Below, in pieces: positions 1 through 8,528 of a DNA stretch of 32,000 bases (its first letter is position 1; each line of letters opens with the position of its first letter). The position numbers were made by a program, and so were the translations under genes. A model generated the notes under the pieces. It made no database searches and was not told the origin of the DNA. It saw only the letters and a program-made list of their open reading frames with translations. The stretch is from Haloferax volcanii DS2 (GTDB taxonomy: Archaea > Halobacteriota > Halobacteria > Halobacteriales > Haloferacaceae). Where the stretch lies: positions 30,001 to 62,000 of the forward strand of contig NC_013968.1 of assembly GCF_000025685.1 (NCBI RefSeq). The letters run 5' to 3'.

Positions 1-1
1 C

Positions 2-316
2 CGAGAGGACTACACACTCGTCTCCGCTCCGTACATCCCCGAGATGGAGTTCGCGGGTGCTATCGACGAACTGGGCGCACTCCCGACGCGCGACGAGTGG
101 ACTATCGCAGTCCTGCCGAACGACAATATCGGTCTGCAACGGTACGACCGAGTCGACGACACCTGTTACCCGCTTGTCGAGGGTATTGAGGACCGTAGAG
201 ACAGGTCCCGCGACGAAAACCCCCACACCGAAGGCGGGGAAGACACCGGTCCAGATGCGGTGCAACCTGACGACGGCGACGACAGCGACGGCCTCTGGTC
301 CGACTCGCTGCTCTGA
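2..316 (+). CDS. hypothetical acidic protein, C-terminal part (frame open to the window start)
   Basis: The frame of the 44..316 ORF has no stop back to position 2. The product is D/E-rich, typical of haloarchaeal proteins. No recognisable motif. Confidence 0.4.
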   Translation, partial: REDYTLVSAPYIPEMEFAGAIDELGALPTRDEWTIAVLPNDNIGLQRYDRVDDTCYPLVEGIEDRRDRSRDENPHTEGGEDTGPDAVQPDDGDDSDGLWSDSLL

Positions 317-713
317 TTCACAGTGCCGCTACAACTGTACTCTTTTGAGGAAGTCGGTACGGACAATCCACAGTCAGAAGCCATAAGTGAGTCAGGGGAT
401 TCTGTCGGAATGCGCGTCTGCTGCCATCACAATTAGCATTCGCGCAAAGGGCCTAGGCCCCTTTGATACTGACCCCTGAGCGATAGGTTCTGTTGACCCC
501 CAGACGCTGATGGTGTGGAGATACTGAGTCACTGGCTTAACCAGTGGTTCAAGACGAACTGAACGCTCATCAGTCTACTTACCGTGCGACTGAGACTAGC
601 TATGGAATTACCAATATATGTCATACACTTGCCTACAACGGCTTTCCAAACACGCTCGTCTTAGGGCGTAACCGAGCGGGAGATATACTCCACGAGCGGC
701 TCATCAAGATAAT

Positions 714-2115
714 CAGCACATCACAAAGCCGGTTAGTTGAGACGTCTGCTTGCTGGAGATGTGTCCAAACAACAGCAGCAAGCAGACAGTGAAATTCACG
801 AGGACCAGCTCCTTAACTTCCTCGTCAACTCCCTTGACGAGGAAGTTGCTCTCTCACTCGCTGAAAACGCTGAACTCGATGCTGAAGACATCTACGAGGT
901 CCTCGTCGGCGCCTGCGCCGACGGGACCTCGGTCTCAACGCTCTGTGAGAGAAGCGAAGATGCACCACACGAAAACTCGGTTCTCTACCATCTCCGCACC
1001 AAATTTGACCTTGAGACGCTCGAACAGGTTGGAAACACGCTCCTCCAGAAGGACGTTCTCGACGTCCTTCCCCAGCAGGTGGAGGTCGTTTCGGACCTCC
1101 ACCTGCGGCCCTACTACGGCGACGAAGACGATACAGACGGCCTGTATCACTCACAAGCGAAGCGTGGAACCACCGCGTTCCACGCGTACGCGACACTCTA
1201 CGCGCGTGTGAAGAACAAACGCTACACGCTGGCGGTGCGCCGTCTCGAAGACGGCGACACCGCCAGCAGCGTCCTCGCAGAGTTTCTTGGTATTCTCGAC
1301 GGCCTTGACCTCGGTGTCAAGGCCGTCTATCTTGACCGCGAATTCTACGACAGCAAGTGTTTGACGCTGCTTCAGGCGCACAACCACGCGTACGTCATGC
1401 CGATCGTCCGCTGGGGACGGACGATCAAGCGAGAACTCTCGGAAGGGTGGAGTCGCGTGATTCAGCACGACCTGACGGCGAAACTCGACGGTCACAGCTG
1501 GACCGTCGAGTTTCCCGTCTACATCGACTGTACCTACCTGAACGGGCGGTACGACGAGCATGGGGTGGCGCGTCACGGCTACGCCGCTGACGCGCCTTTC
1601 ATCGACTCACCGCGAGACGCTCGATACCACTACGCGAAACGCTTCGGTATCGAAGCGAGCTACCGACTCTCCGAGCAAACGATTGCGACGACTACGACAC
1701 AGAATCCGGTCGTACGGCTGTTGTACGTCGTGGTGAGTTTGCTGTTACAGAACGTCTGGCGGTATCTGCACTGGGAGTACGTGGCGACGCCCCGCCGAGG
1801 CGGGCGTCGCCTCTGGCAGTGGTCGTTCAAGGAGTTCATCAACATGATTCGACGGGCAGCGTGGACGGTCCTCGCGGTGCGTCGGGCCGTCCCCGCGAAC
1901 CGGCCACCAGACGACCGGTTTAGCCGGTAACTCTTGACCGGGCTAGCCAGCGGTGTGAGTGGCGACGCTGTCGCGTCAGCGGCTGACCGCCGCCGACAGC
2001 GACAGCTCTCCACCGATTCGTCCATGATTCTCCCGTCGAGACCGTCAATGCAACCGCTCCGACACAGAACTCAGGCTTCAGAAACAGCTAGCCGAGGATG
2101 CTTTGTGAGGTACTG
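714..2115 (+). mobile_element. ISH3-family insertion sequence, copy 1 (1402 bp)
   Basis: Terminal inverted repeats CAGCACATCACAAAGC (714-729) and GCTTTGTGAGGTACTG (2100-2115). Flanked by a 5-bp direct repeat ATAAT (709-713 and 2116-2120). Carries a single long transposase ORF. Confidence 0.85.
737..1930 (+). CDS. ISH3-family DDE transposase
   Basis: 397-aa ORF, about 95% identical to the ORF at 2946..4112. It fills the IS between the IRs. The true start is probably the GTG at 758, homologous to the GTG start of copy 2. Confidence 0.85.
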   Translation: MRRLLAGDVSKQQQQADSEIHEDQLLNFLVNSLDEEVALSLAENAELDAEDIYEVLVGACADGTSVSTLCERSEDAPHENSVLYHLRTKFDLETLEQVGNTLLQKDVLDVLPQQVEVVSDLHLRPYYGDEDDTDGLYHSQAKRGTTAFHAYATLYARVKNKRYTLAVRRLEDGDTASSVLAEFLGILDGLDLGVKAVYLDREFYDSKCLTLLQAHNHAYVMPIVRWGRTIKRELSEGWSRVIQHDLTAKLDGHSWTVEFPVYIDCTYLNGRYDEHGVARHGYAADAPFIDSPRDARYHYAKRFGIEASYRLSEQTIATTTTQNPVVRLLYVVVSLLLQNVWRYLHWEYVATPRRGGRRLWQWSFKEFINMIRRAAWTVLAVRRAVPANRPPDDRFSR

Positions 2116-2149
2116 ATAATAGATTACCTCAAGACGCATAGACCTCAGC

Positions 2150-2273
2150 GGCTCTGTCAAAGTAATTAGCCATTGACATTAAGGACAGAACTCTTCTCAC
2201 CAGTTTTCGCGGACGCTGTTGGAAACTTGCTCCTCAACAAATCGCCAGACATGAAGAGGATTTCAACAGAGCC
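2150..2273. mobile_element. IS6-family-derived MITE (124 bp), copy A
   Basis: Its ends are GGCTCTGTCAAAG... and ...GAGGATTTCAACAGAGCC (IS6/IS26-like GGCNCTGTTG termini). Flanking direct repeat ACCTCAGC (2142-2149) / ACCTCAGT (2274-2281). No ORF. Homologous to 16921-17045 in the opposite orientation and to the end of the relic at 24466-24757. Confidence 0.7.
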
Positions 2274-2327
2274 ACCTCAGTCGGTTCGGCAGCTTGCCGT
2301 AGAACACGTCGTCGTAGAGCCGGTAAT

Positions 2328-2678
2328 CTAGGACAGTCGTTCTACGAAGTCCTCGACCATCTCGATTGCCTCTTCTAAATTCGCTGTATAAGAGACGTAA
2401 TCAGAAGAAATCGTCTCTGTGAACCCAGGGCGGTGGTAATCTGGTCCCGCAGTCTCTAACCCTTGTACCGTCCACTCGTCGTGGAGTTCGAGACTGACGA
2501 CACGAACGGGGACATCGGTTCCGACGAGGTCGACGTTCGAAACGTCCCAGTCGAACTCTTCTTGGTCTAACGGGCGAGTCCATTGGTGAGTTCGTGGGTC
2601 AAGCTTTTCGTACGTCCATACACGACCGTTCGATTCGAGGGTGTGTGACGGAATCGAATCCTCGTCGTATTCAGTCAT
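2328..2678 (-). CDS. hypothetical small acidic protein (116 aa)
   Basis: Clean ORF with acidic, haloarchaeal-like composition. No motif recognised. Confidence 0.55.
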   Translation of the reverse strand: MTEYDEDSIPSHTLESNGRVWTYEKLDPRTHQWTRPLDQEEFDWDVSNVDLVGTDVPVRVVSLELHDEWTVQGLETAGPDYHRPGFTETISSDYVSYTANLEEAIEMVEDFVERLS

Positions 2679-2898
2679 TCAGCAACAGAGTCGTTGCTCC
2701 GAGCGAAGAAAGTAACGGACCGTTTAAATTAGTGAACACACCACAACCACGCAATAGTAGCTTCAACTAACAATCACATAACCGGGACCTCCTCCAGAAG
2801 AAGACACTCGATAGAAGTCTCGACACCCTCGTGAAGGTGATTCACCAGAGCATCAACGACGCTGGGGTCGAGAACGTTGGTCAAGTCAGAGGTATATT

Positions 2899-4296
2899 CA
2901 GTACCTCACAAAGCCGTTTAGTTAGAAGGTCTGCTTGCTGAAGATGTGTCCAACAACCAGCAAACAGACGATGAAATCCACGAGGACCAGCTCCTTAACT
3001 TCCTCGTCAACTCTCTTGACGAGGAAGTTGCTCTCTCACTCGCTGAAAACGCTGAACTCGATGCTGAAGACATCTACGAGGTCCTCGTCGGCGCCTGCGC
3101 CGACGGGACCTCGGTCTCTACACTCTGCAAGAGAAGCGAAGATGCACCTCACGAAAACTCCGTTCTCTACCATCTCCGCACCAAGTTCGACCTCGAGACG
3201 CTCGAACAAATCGGGAACACGCTCCTCCAGAAAGACGTTCTCGACGTCCTTCCCCAGCAGGTGGAGGTCTGCGCAGACCTCCACCTGCGGCCCTACTACG
3301 GCGACGAAGACGATACAGACGGCCTGTATCACTCACAAGCGAAGCGTGGAACCACCGCGTTTCACGCGTACGCGACACTGTACGCACGCGTGAAGAACAA
3401 ACGCTACACGCTGGCGGTGCGCCGTCTCGAAGACGGCGACACCGCCAGCAGTGTCCTCGCAGAGTTCCTCGGTATTCTCGACGGCCTTGACCTCGGTGTC
3501 AAGGCCGTCTATCTTGACCGCGAATTCTACGACAGCAAGTGTTTAACGCTGCTTCAGGCGCACAACCACGCCTACGTCATGCCGATCGTCCGCTGGGGAC
3601 GGACGATCAAGCGAGAACTCTCAGAAGGATGGAGTCGCGTGATTCAGCACAGTCTGACAGCGAGACTCGACGGTCACAGCTGGACCGTCGAGTTTCCCGT
3701 CTACATCGACTGTACCTACCAGAACGGACGGTACGACGAACATGGGGTGGCGCGTCACGGCTACGCCGCTGACGCGCCGTTCATCGACTCACCACGGGAC
3801 GCTCGATACCACTACGCGAAACGCTTCGGTATCGAGGCAAGCTATCGACTCTCCGAGCAAAGTATCGCGACGACCTCGACACAAAATCCGGTCGTACGGC
3901 TGTTGTACGTCGTGGTGAGCTTGCTGTTACAGAACGTGTGGCGGTATTTGCACTGGGAGTACGTGGCGACGCCCCGCCGTGGGGGGCGTCGCCTCTGGGA
4001 GTGGTCGTTCAAGGAGTTCATCAATATGGTCCGTCGAGCAGCGTGGACGGCCCTCGCGGTGCGTCGGGCCGTCCCCGCGAACCGACCACCAGACGACCGG
4101 TTCCACCGGTAACTCCCGACCGGGCTAGCCAACGGTGGGAGTGGCGACGCTGTCGCGTCGGCGGCAGCCGCCGCCGACAGCGACGGCTCTCCGCCGATCC
4201 GTCCATGATTCTGTCGTCGAGACCGCCAATGCAACCGCTCGGCCACAGAATTCAGGCTTCAGAGACAGCTAGGCGAGGATGCTTTGTGAGGTACTG
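2899..4296 (+). mobile_element. ISH3-family insertion sequence, copy 2 (1398 bp)
   Basis: IRs CAGTACCTCACAAAGC (2899-2914) and GCTTTGTGAGGTACTG (4281-4296). 5-bp direct repeat ATATT (2894-2898 and 4297-4301). Confidence 0.9.
2946..4112 (+). CDS. ISH3-family DDE transposase
   Basis: 388-aa ORF with a GTG start, near-identical to 737..1930. Confidence 0.85.
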   Translation: MSNNQQTDDEIHEDQLLNFLVNSLDEEVALSLAENAELDAEDIYEVLVGACADGTSVSTLCKRSEDAPHENSVLYHLRTKFDLETLEQIGNTLLQKDVLDVLPQQVEVCADLHLRPYYGDEDDTDGLYHSQAKRGTTAFHAYATLYARVKNKRYTLAVRRLEDGDTASSVLAEFLGILDGLDLGVKAVYLDREFYDSKCLTLLQAHNHAYVMPIVRWGRTIKRELSEGWSRVIQHSLTARLDGHSWTVEFPVYIDCTYQNGRYDEHGVARHGYAADAPFIDSPRDARYHYAKRFGIEASYRLSEQSIATTSTQNPVVRLLYVVVSLLLQNVWRYLHWEYVATPRRGGRRLWEWSFKEFINMVRRAAWTALAVRRAVPANRPPDDRFHR

Positions 4297-4492
4297 ATAT
4301 TTAGACTCGTAGAGCTCCAATAACCTTGAAACGTATTCGAGGAGGACATCTGGGACTCTTGAGATCGGTATGAGTACTGTGCAACAGCCAAGAACTATTC
4401 AGAATCGAAATGAAGAACGAACTACACAAGCCCGTTCGACGTGACAGCAAACATCCGATAGATTTAGACGTCGTGAATCAGAGGTATTCTAT

Positions 4493-5713
4493 ATGAGTCG
4501 TGGAGTTGTCGTCGATCTATTCTGCGGTGCAGGAGGTGCCTCTCTCGGGTTTGTTCAGGCGGGATACACTGTCGCGGGGGCCGTTGACATCAACGACGAA
4601 GCATTGGAAACGTACAAGCGAAATCTCTGCGACGCCGATCTTGACGAGTATCCTGGCGAGGTCACGTTCGACTCCCCTCTCAAGGGTAATCTAAATGCCA
4701 ACAAGGGCGGTCACGTCACCTTCGAGTACATACGAAACGAATTCGGTTTAGAACCCGGAGAGGTTGACGTCATCGCTGGGTGCCCTCCTTGCCAGAATTT
4801 CAGCAAGCTCAGAGATACGACGCCGTGGCCGGAGGACGAGCCAAAAGATGAGCTACTCCAGTCCTACGTGGAGTTAATTCGGGCAGAGAAACCCGGTGCG
4901 GTCTTCTTCGAAAACGTCCAGGGAATAACCAATAAGCGCGACGGAGAGACGACCTACTCGCAGTGGTTCAAAGATCAGATGAGGGGGATGACTCGCGACG
5001 ACGATCCCGAAGAGAAGGGATACGGAGTTAATCTAAAAGTCGTTAACGCAGCAGATTATGGAGTCCCGCAGCGAAGAATGCGTACGATAGGGATCTGTAT
5101 CTACGGTGCTTCTGATTCCGAAGTCGAATTTCCACCTGAGACTCACGCAAGAGAACCCGAAGACGGACTGAAAGAGAGATGGGTCACAGTAAAAGACGTA
5201 CTGAAAGAGGAATACGAACGAGGCCGATTGAAACAAGACCTCGATCTCGGTCAAAAGCAAGTTGGGATCGATGGGTATCCTGACGATCCTGCGCACCGAT
5301 CACGTCGTCACAACAGCAACACGGTCGAGACGATGAAAGCAATACGGCGACACGGCGATAGTTGGAAGGACCTGCGGGGAACGGAGGACGAAGAATTCAT
5401 TCGTGAATGTCACCGAGGTTTCGACACTCAAGCAGGTGCAGCGTACGGAATTATGGACTGGGAATCCCCTGCACCAACGCTAACTACTCGGTGTACAAAT
5501 TTTAGCTCGGGTCGCTACACACATCCAGAAGAGAATCGGACGATTACATTCCGGGAAGCAGCACTTCTAATGTCTTTTCCAGCAGATTTCAAGCTTCCAG
5601 ACAAGAACAGCGCAGCAGAGCGAGTAGTTGGGAATGCAGTTCCGCCTCAGCTTGTGAAGAGCATCGTTGAAGATCTAAATGTAGCCAGAAAGGAACCCCG
5701 CAAGATTGCTTGA
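4493..5713 (+). CDS. drmMII: DNA (cytosine-5)-methyltransferase, DISARM DrmMII-like
   Basis: The canonical C5-MTase motifs appear in order: I DLFCGAGG, IV GCPPCQNFS, VI FENV, VIII QRRMR, X GNAVPPQL. It is the first gene of a co-directional helicase/DUF1998/PLD cluster. Confidence 0.85.
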   Translation: MSRGVVVDLFCGAGGASLGFVQAGYTVAGAVDINDEALETYKRNLCDADLDEYPGEVTFDSPLKGNLNANKGGHVTFEYIRNEFGLEPGEVDVIAGCPPCQNFSKLRDTTPWPEDEPKDELLQSYVELIRAEKPGAVFFENVQGITNKRDGETTYSQWFKDQMRGMTRDDDPEEKGYGVNLKVVNAADYGVPQRRMRTIGICIYGASDSEVEFPPETHAREPEDGLKERWVTVKDVLKEEYERGRLKQDLDLGQKQVGIDGYPDDPAHRSRRHNSNTVETMKAIRRHGDSWKDLRGTEDEEFIRECHRGFDTQAGAAYGIMDWESPAPTLTTRCTNFSSGRYTHPEENRTITFREAALLMSFPADFKLPDKNSAAERVVGNAVPPQLVKSIVEDLNVARKEPRKIA

Positions 5714-5895
5714 AAGCACCTACAAGCGGAAATAACCCCGTACTGGGGAGAGTCACGAATTATTGGATAGCCTGCTCACCCCCAAATATTGCTGTAATTG
5801 AGAGTCAAGTCTGAAAACATGATATTCCGGAGAAATTATCCCTTACTGAAACTATTCTAACGGAACGTATATATGAGGTTTACAGAGAAAAATTT

Positions 5896-8424
5896 GTGGT
5901 CTTAACTAGAGATATGATGGGTGTAACGCTGGAAAATGCCCCGTACGAACTTCCTCCAACAGAGGGAACGCACTCTCTGTTAGTCCGAACTGCAATCCGG
6001 GAAGAACGCGATCTCTGTCTAATTCCGCCTACTCTCCGTCAAGAATATCTGGACCGTCACGCCCTCGAAGGTCTCTACGAAATGATGGGAATGGATCGTC
6101 GTGCCATCATGATTATGTCCAGAAATAGTGACATCCGTGATCGCTACGAAAAGATGGTCGGTCCGTTTCAATTTTCGACAGGGAGGTGGCCCCTCTCGTC
6201 AGTCAAGTCTGATGGGTCATTGGTGCCAAAGACTCAACACTACGTGACCGAAGATGCACCACCTGCAGTCATCTATGCAAAATGGGCGACTAGGCTGCCA
6301 AACCCAGAGCACGCTCAGGCGATTCAAGCTGTCCTCTACGACGAAAACGTCGGGTTTGACGAGGAACGCTTCGAGGCGTTCGAGCGATGGCGCGCTGCTG
6401 CCGACATACCTACCGTAGTCTACTACATCCGGGACCCACTCGGTAATACGTACGATCGTATCAAAGACGAGGTCGATTCGACGTGGATGTGGACTAAGTC
6501 CCGCCTTCGTAAAGTCTGTGAGTGGACCCGAGACGGGGGTGCCACGTATCAATCGCTAGTCGACCCAGAAACTATCCCACAATGCACGGTCAGAGAAACG
6601 CAATTGCTCAAAAATAAAACATCAGGGCAGTCTTACGAACCGCACGTCTGTAACACAGGTCCCGTTGCTGAGCAATTTGAGCGTGTATGGTCGGCGTACG
6701 AGGACTTCCAAACAGTAGAAGGCAAAATCGACGAGCGGGATCTTATGCTGGCTAAATTCTATCTCCGCGACACGGTTTCCCGATTTTCTCGGTTGGTTGC
6801 CCTCTTGGAGCAGAGCAACGTCTATCGGGCAAACCACGGGAAGGCGACGACCTTGTCAGGCCGAATTGGGGCACTCCGACAAATGCACTCGGATCTGACT
6901 GGCGACGCACAGGCCGGAGGAGGCGCACTACAACAAGCCATCTACGAGCTAGAGGATTTGGCCGAACTCTTGAACGATCCAGACAATCAAGCCTGGAAGC
7001 GTGGTGCAGTTCTGTCTGCCATGCTTCAAGTAACCGATAACGACGAGGGACTCATCATCGTCGCTCCAGACGAGCCTGAAGCGAAGGCGCTTGAAGCAGA
7101 CCTATACATTAACCGTAGGAAGTTCTGGGTCGAAGCAGAAGAACGAGTAACCATCTGCACGCCGAATTCGATTAACATCGAATCACCAGCAGACCACTTG
7201 CTTCTCTATGGACCTCCCAAATACGAGGACCGGTGGATACTTCGCTCTCCTCACGGAGCCAACGTTAGCGTCCTGGCTTATCCGCACGAACTCGGGTTAT
7301 TGTTTTCTCAAGCTAGTAGCCTTAATCACGCCGTCGAGGCAGCTACTCCCCGACAAATACCTCCAGAGGGTCCAGAAGATACTGGACGTATCCTTGCGAG
7401 TATTGCTGAAGAGCTCCCGAGAACACCCCTTTCGGCCGAGGAAGATAGAAACAAGCCACCGACCGTCGCTTGTTCTGACCTCGATGGCGTCCAGATATCT
7501 ATCCCAGACGCAGACTCCGTCGAAAAGGGTGAGATTTCTGGATCACAGACGTTCAAAGGTCACGAACAAGCGGATCAGAACAAGCGAGATAGGGTCAACA
7601 GCCTAATTGAACGAAGCTTAGCCAAGTTCGGCCAAGCGAGTGGGAGATATACACCCAGCAGCACTGGTGGTGGTGAAACATCCTCATCTCAGTCCGAATG
7701 GGAACGTCGCGATGTCGACGGCTGCATCGAATTAATCGGGCAAGATGGCTACCGGATGGCTAACAAGCCGGAGAAAACGGTCGAGGTCGTTCGTTTGGAT
7801 GCTGAGGTCCGCGTCAGTAAAGAGATGTCAAAAGTAATAGAGGGAGAGATTGTTGTTAGCGTTCGAGACCGAATGGAGATTCGATCCCACGTTGAACGGC
7901 AACTCTTCGACATGGGTGAGGCAGAGGTAGTCGTGAAAGCGAACAAGTGGAAAGATCACCTCGCACGTGAGATTGAGAGGCGTGGGGACACGTTCGAGGA
8001 ATTCAAGCAGCGGATAGAACAAACCGGAATCGAACCGAAAGGAGATGGTGCATACCGAAATTGGTACCACGGAACGATTACAATGCCAAAAGCACGAGAC
8101 TCGCTCTACTATATTACTGAAGCATACGATCTCGATGAAGTTCAGGGAGAGCTGGAAGTGTGCTGGACAGCAAATCGGACGATCCGACGTGTGAAAAACG
8201 CCCTCATCAACAAGTGGCTTGACCAAGCTCAAGCCGACCTTCTATCTAAAGCAGCTGACGTCGACGACCTCATCGATAATGATTTCGATCTCGACATTCG
8301 CCTATCCGACTTCGAGAAAGTCGATGACGAGGGTGAAGACCTAGTACTAGTTCATCAAATTAAGGAAATCAGACACGGCGTCACCGTTCCCCACAGTTAT
8401 CTGGGTACTTGGCGAACACCGTAA
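5896..8424 (+). CDS. drmE: large protein of unknown function in the DrmE position of a class 2 DISARM operon
   Basis: 842-aa uninterrupted ORF between the MTase and the helicase. I see no Walker, nuclease or MTase motifs. The assignment rests on size and position only. The start is either GTG 5896 or ATG 5914. Confidence 0.45.
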   Translation: MVLTRDMMGVTLENAPYELPPTEGTHSLLVRTAIREERDLCLIPPTLRQEYLDRHALEGLYEMMGMDRRAIMIMSRNSDIRDRYEKMVGPFQFSTGRWPLSSVKSDGSLVPKTQHYVTEDAPPAVIYAKWATRLPNPEHAQAIQAVLYDENVGFDEERFEAFERWRAAADIPTVVYYIRDPLGNTYDRIKDEVDSTWMWTKSRLRKVCEWTRDGGATYQSLVDPETIPQCTVRETQLLKNKTSGQSYEPHVCNTGPVAEQFERVWSAYEDFQTVEGKIDERDLMLAKFYLRDTVSRFSRLVALLEQSNVYRANHGKATTLSGRIGALRQMHSDLTGDAQAGGGALQQAIYELEDLAELLNDPDNQAWKRGAVLSAMLQVTDNDEGLIIVAPDEPEAKALEADLYINRRKFWVEAEERVTICTPNSINIESPADHLLLYGPPKYEDRWILRSPHGANVSVLAYPHELGLLFSQASSLNHAVEAATPRQIPPEGPEDTGRILASIAEELPRTPLSAEEDRNKPPTVACSDLDGVQISIPDADSVEKGEISGSQTFKGHEQADQNKRDRVNSLIERSLAKFGQASGRYTPSSTGGGETSSSQSEWERRDVDGCIELIGQDGYRMANKPEKTVEVVRLDAEVRVSKEMSKVIEGEIVVSVRDRMEIRSHVERQLFDMGEAEVVVKANKWKDHLAREIERRGDTFEEFKQRIEQTGIEPKGDGAYRNWYHGTITMPKARDSLYYITEAYDLDEVQGELEVCWTANRTIRRVKNALINKWLDQAQADLLSKAADVDDLIDNDFDLDIRLSDFEKVDDEGEDLVLVHQIKEIRHGVTVPHSYLGTWRTP

Positions 8425-8528
8425 ACGACGTGGTATTCTGGGGTGACGGTACTCGGTGTCTGTTGATTTAGTGTCCTCATCTGCTCGCATACGTTTAAGT
8501 CGATTCGATTAATTGACTATGTATTCAC

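Noticed and set aside
445-465. Near-perfect palindrome CAAAGGGCCTAGGCCCCTTTG, ~130 nt downstream of the first CDS
   Set aside because: It could be a terminator hairpin or a binding site. There is no following T-tract, the context is unclear, and I have no way to test it here.
486-497. GGTTCTGTTGAC, resembling an IS6-family terminus
   Set aside because: Similarity ends after ~12 nt. There is no partner inverted repeat within a MITE or IS distance and no duplication, so it is probably chance.
544-2330. An open frame on the minus strand of 42 sense codons before a stop (YRLYDDVFYGKLPNRLRSMRLEVIYYLDEPLVEYISRSVTP), obtained after removing in silico ISH3 copy 1 and MITE A with one duplication copy each
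   Set aside because: It would suggest both elements hit one gene. However, it is short, has no start or motif, and overlaps the end of the 116-aa gene in another frame. An open frame of that length is not rare in GC-rich DNA.
750-4246. Many 60-150-aa ORFs inside the two ISH3 copies (e.g. 750..1211, 825..1196, 1151..1576, 2935..3393, 3842..4246)
   Set aside because: They are alternative-frame or antisense shadows of the transposase genes. They appear duplicated only because the IS is duplicated.
714-4296. The two ISH3 copies plus the intervening 0.8 kb as a composite transposon
   Set aside because: Each copy carries its own matching 5-bp duplication (ATAAT and ATATT), and the outer flanks do not match each other. 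There is therefore no evidence the unit moved as a whole.
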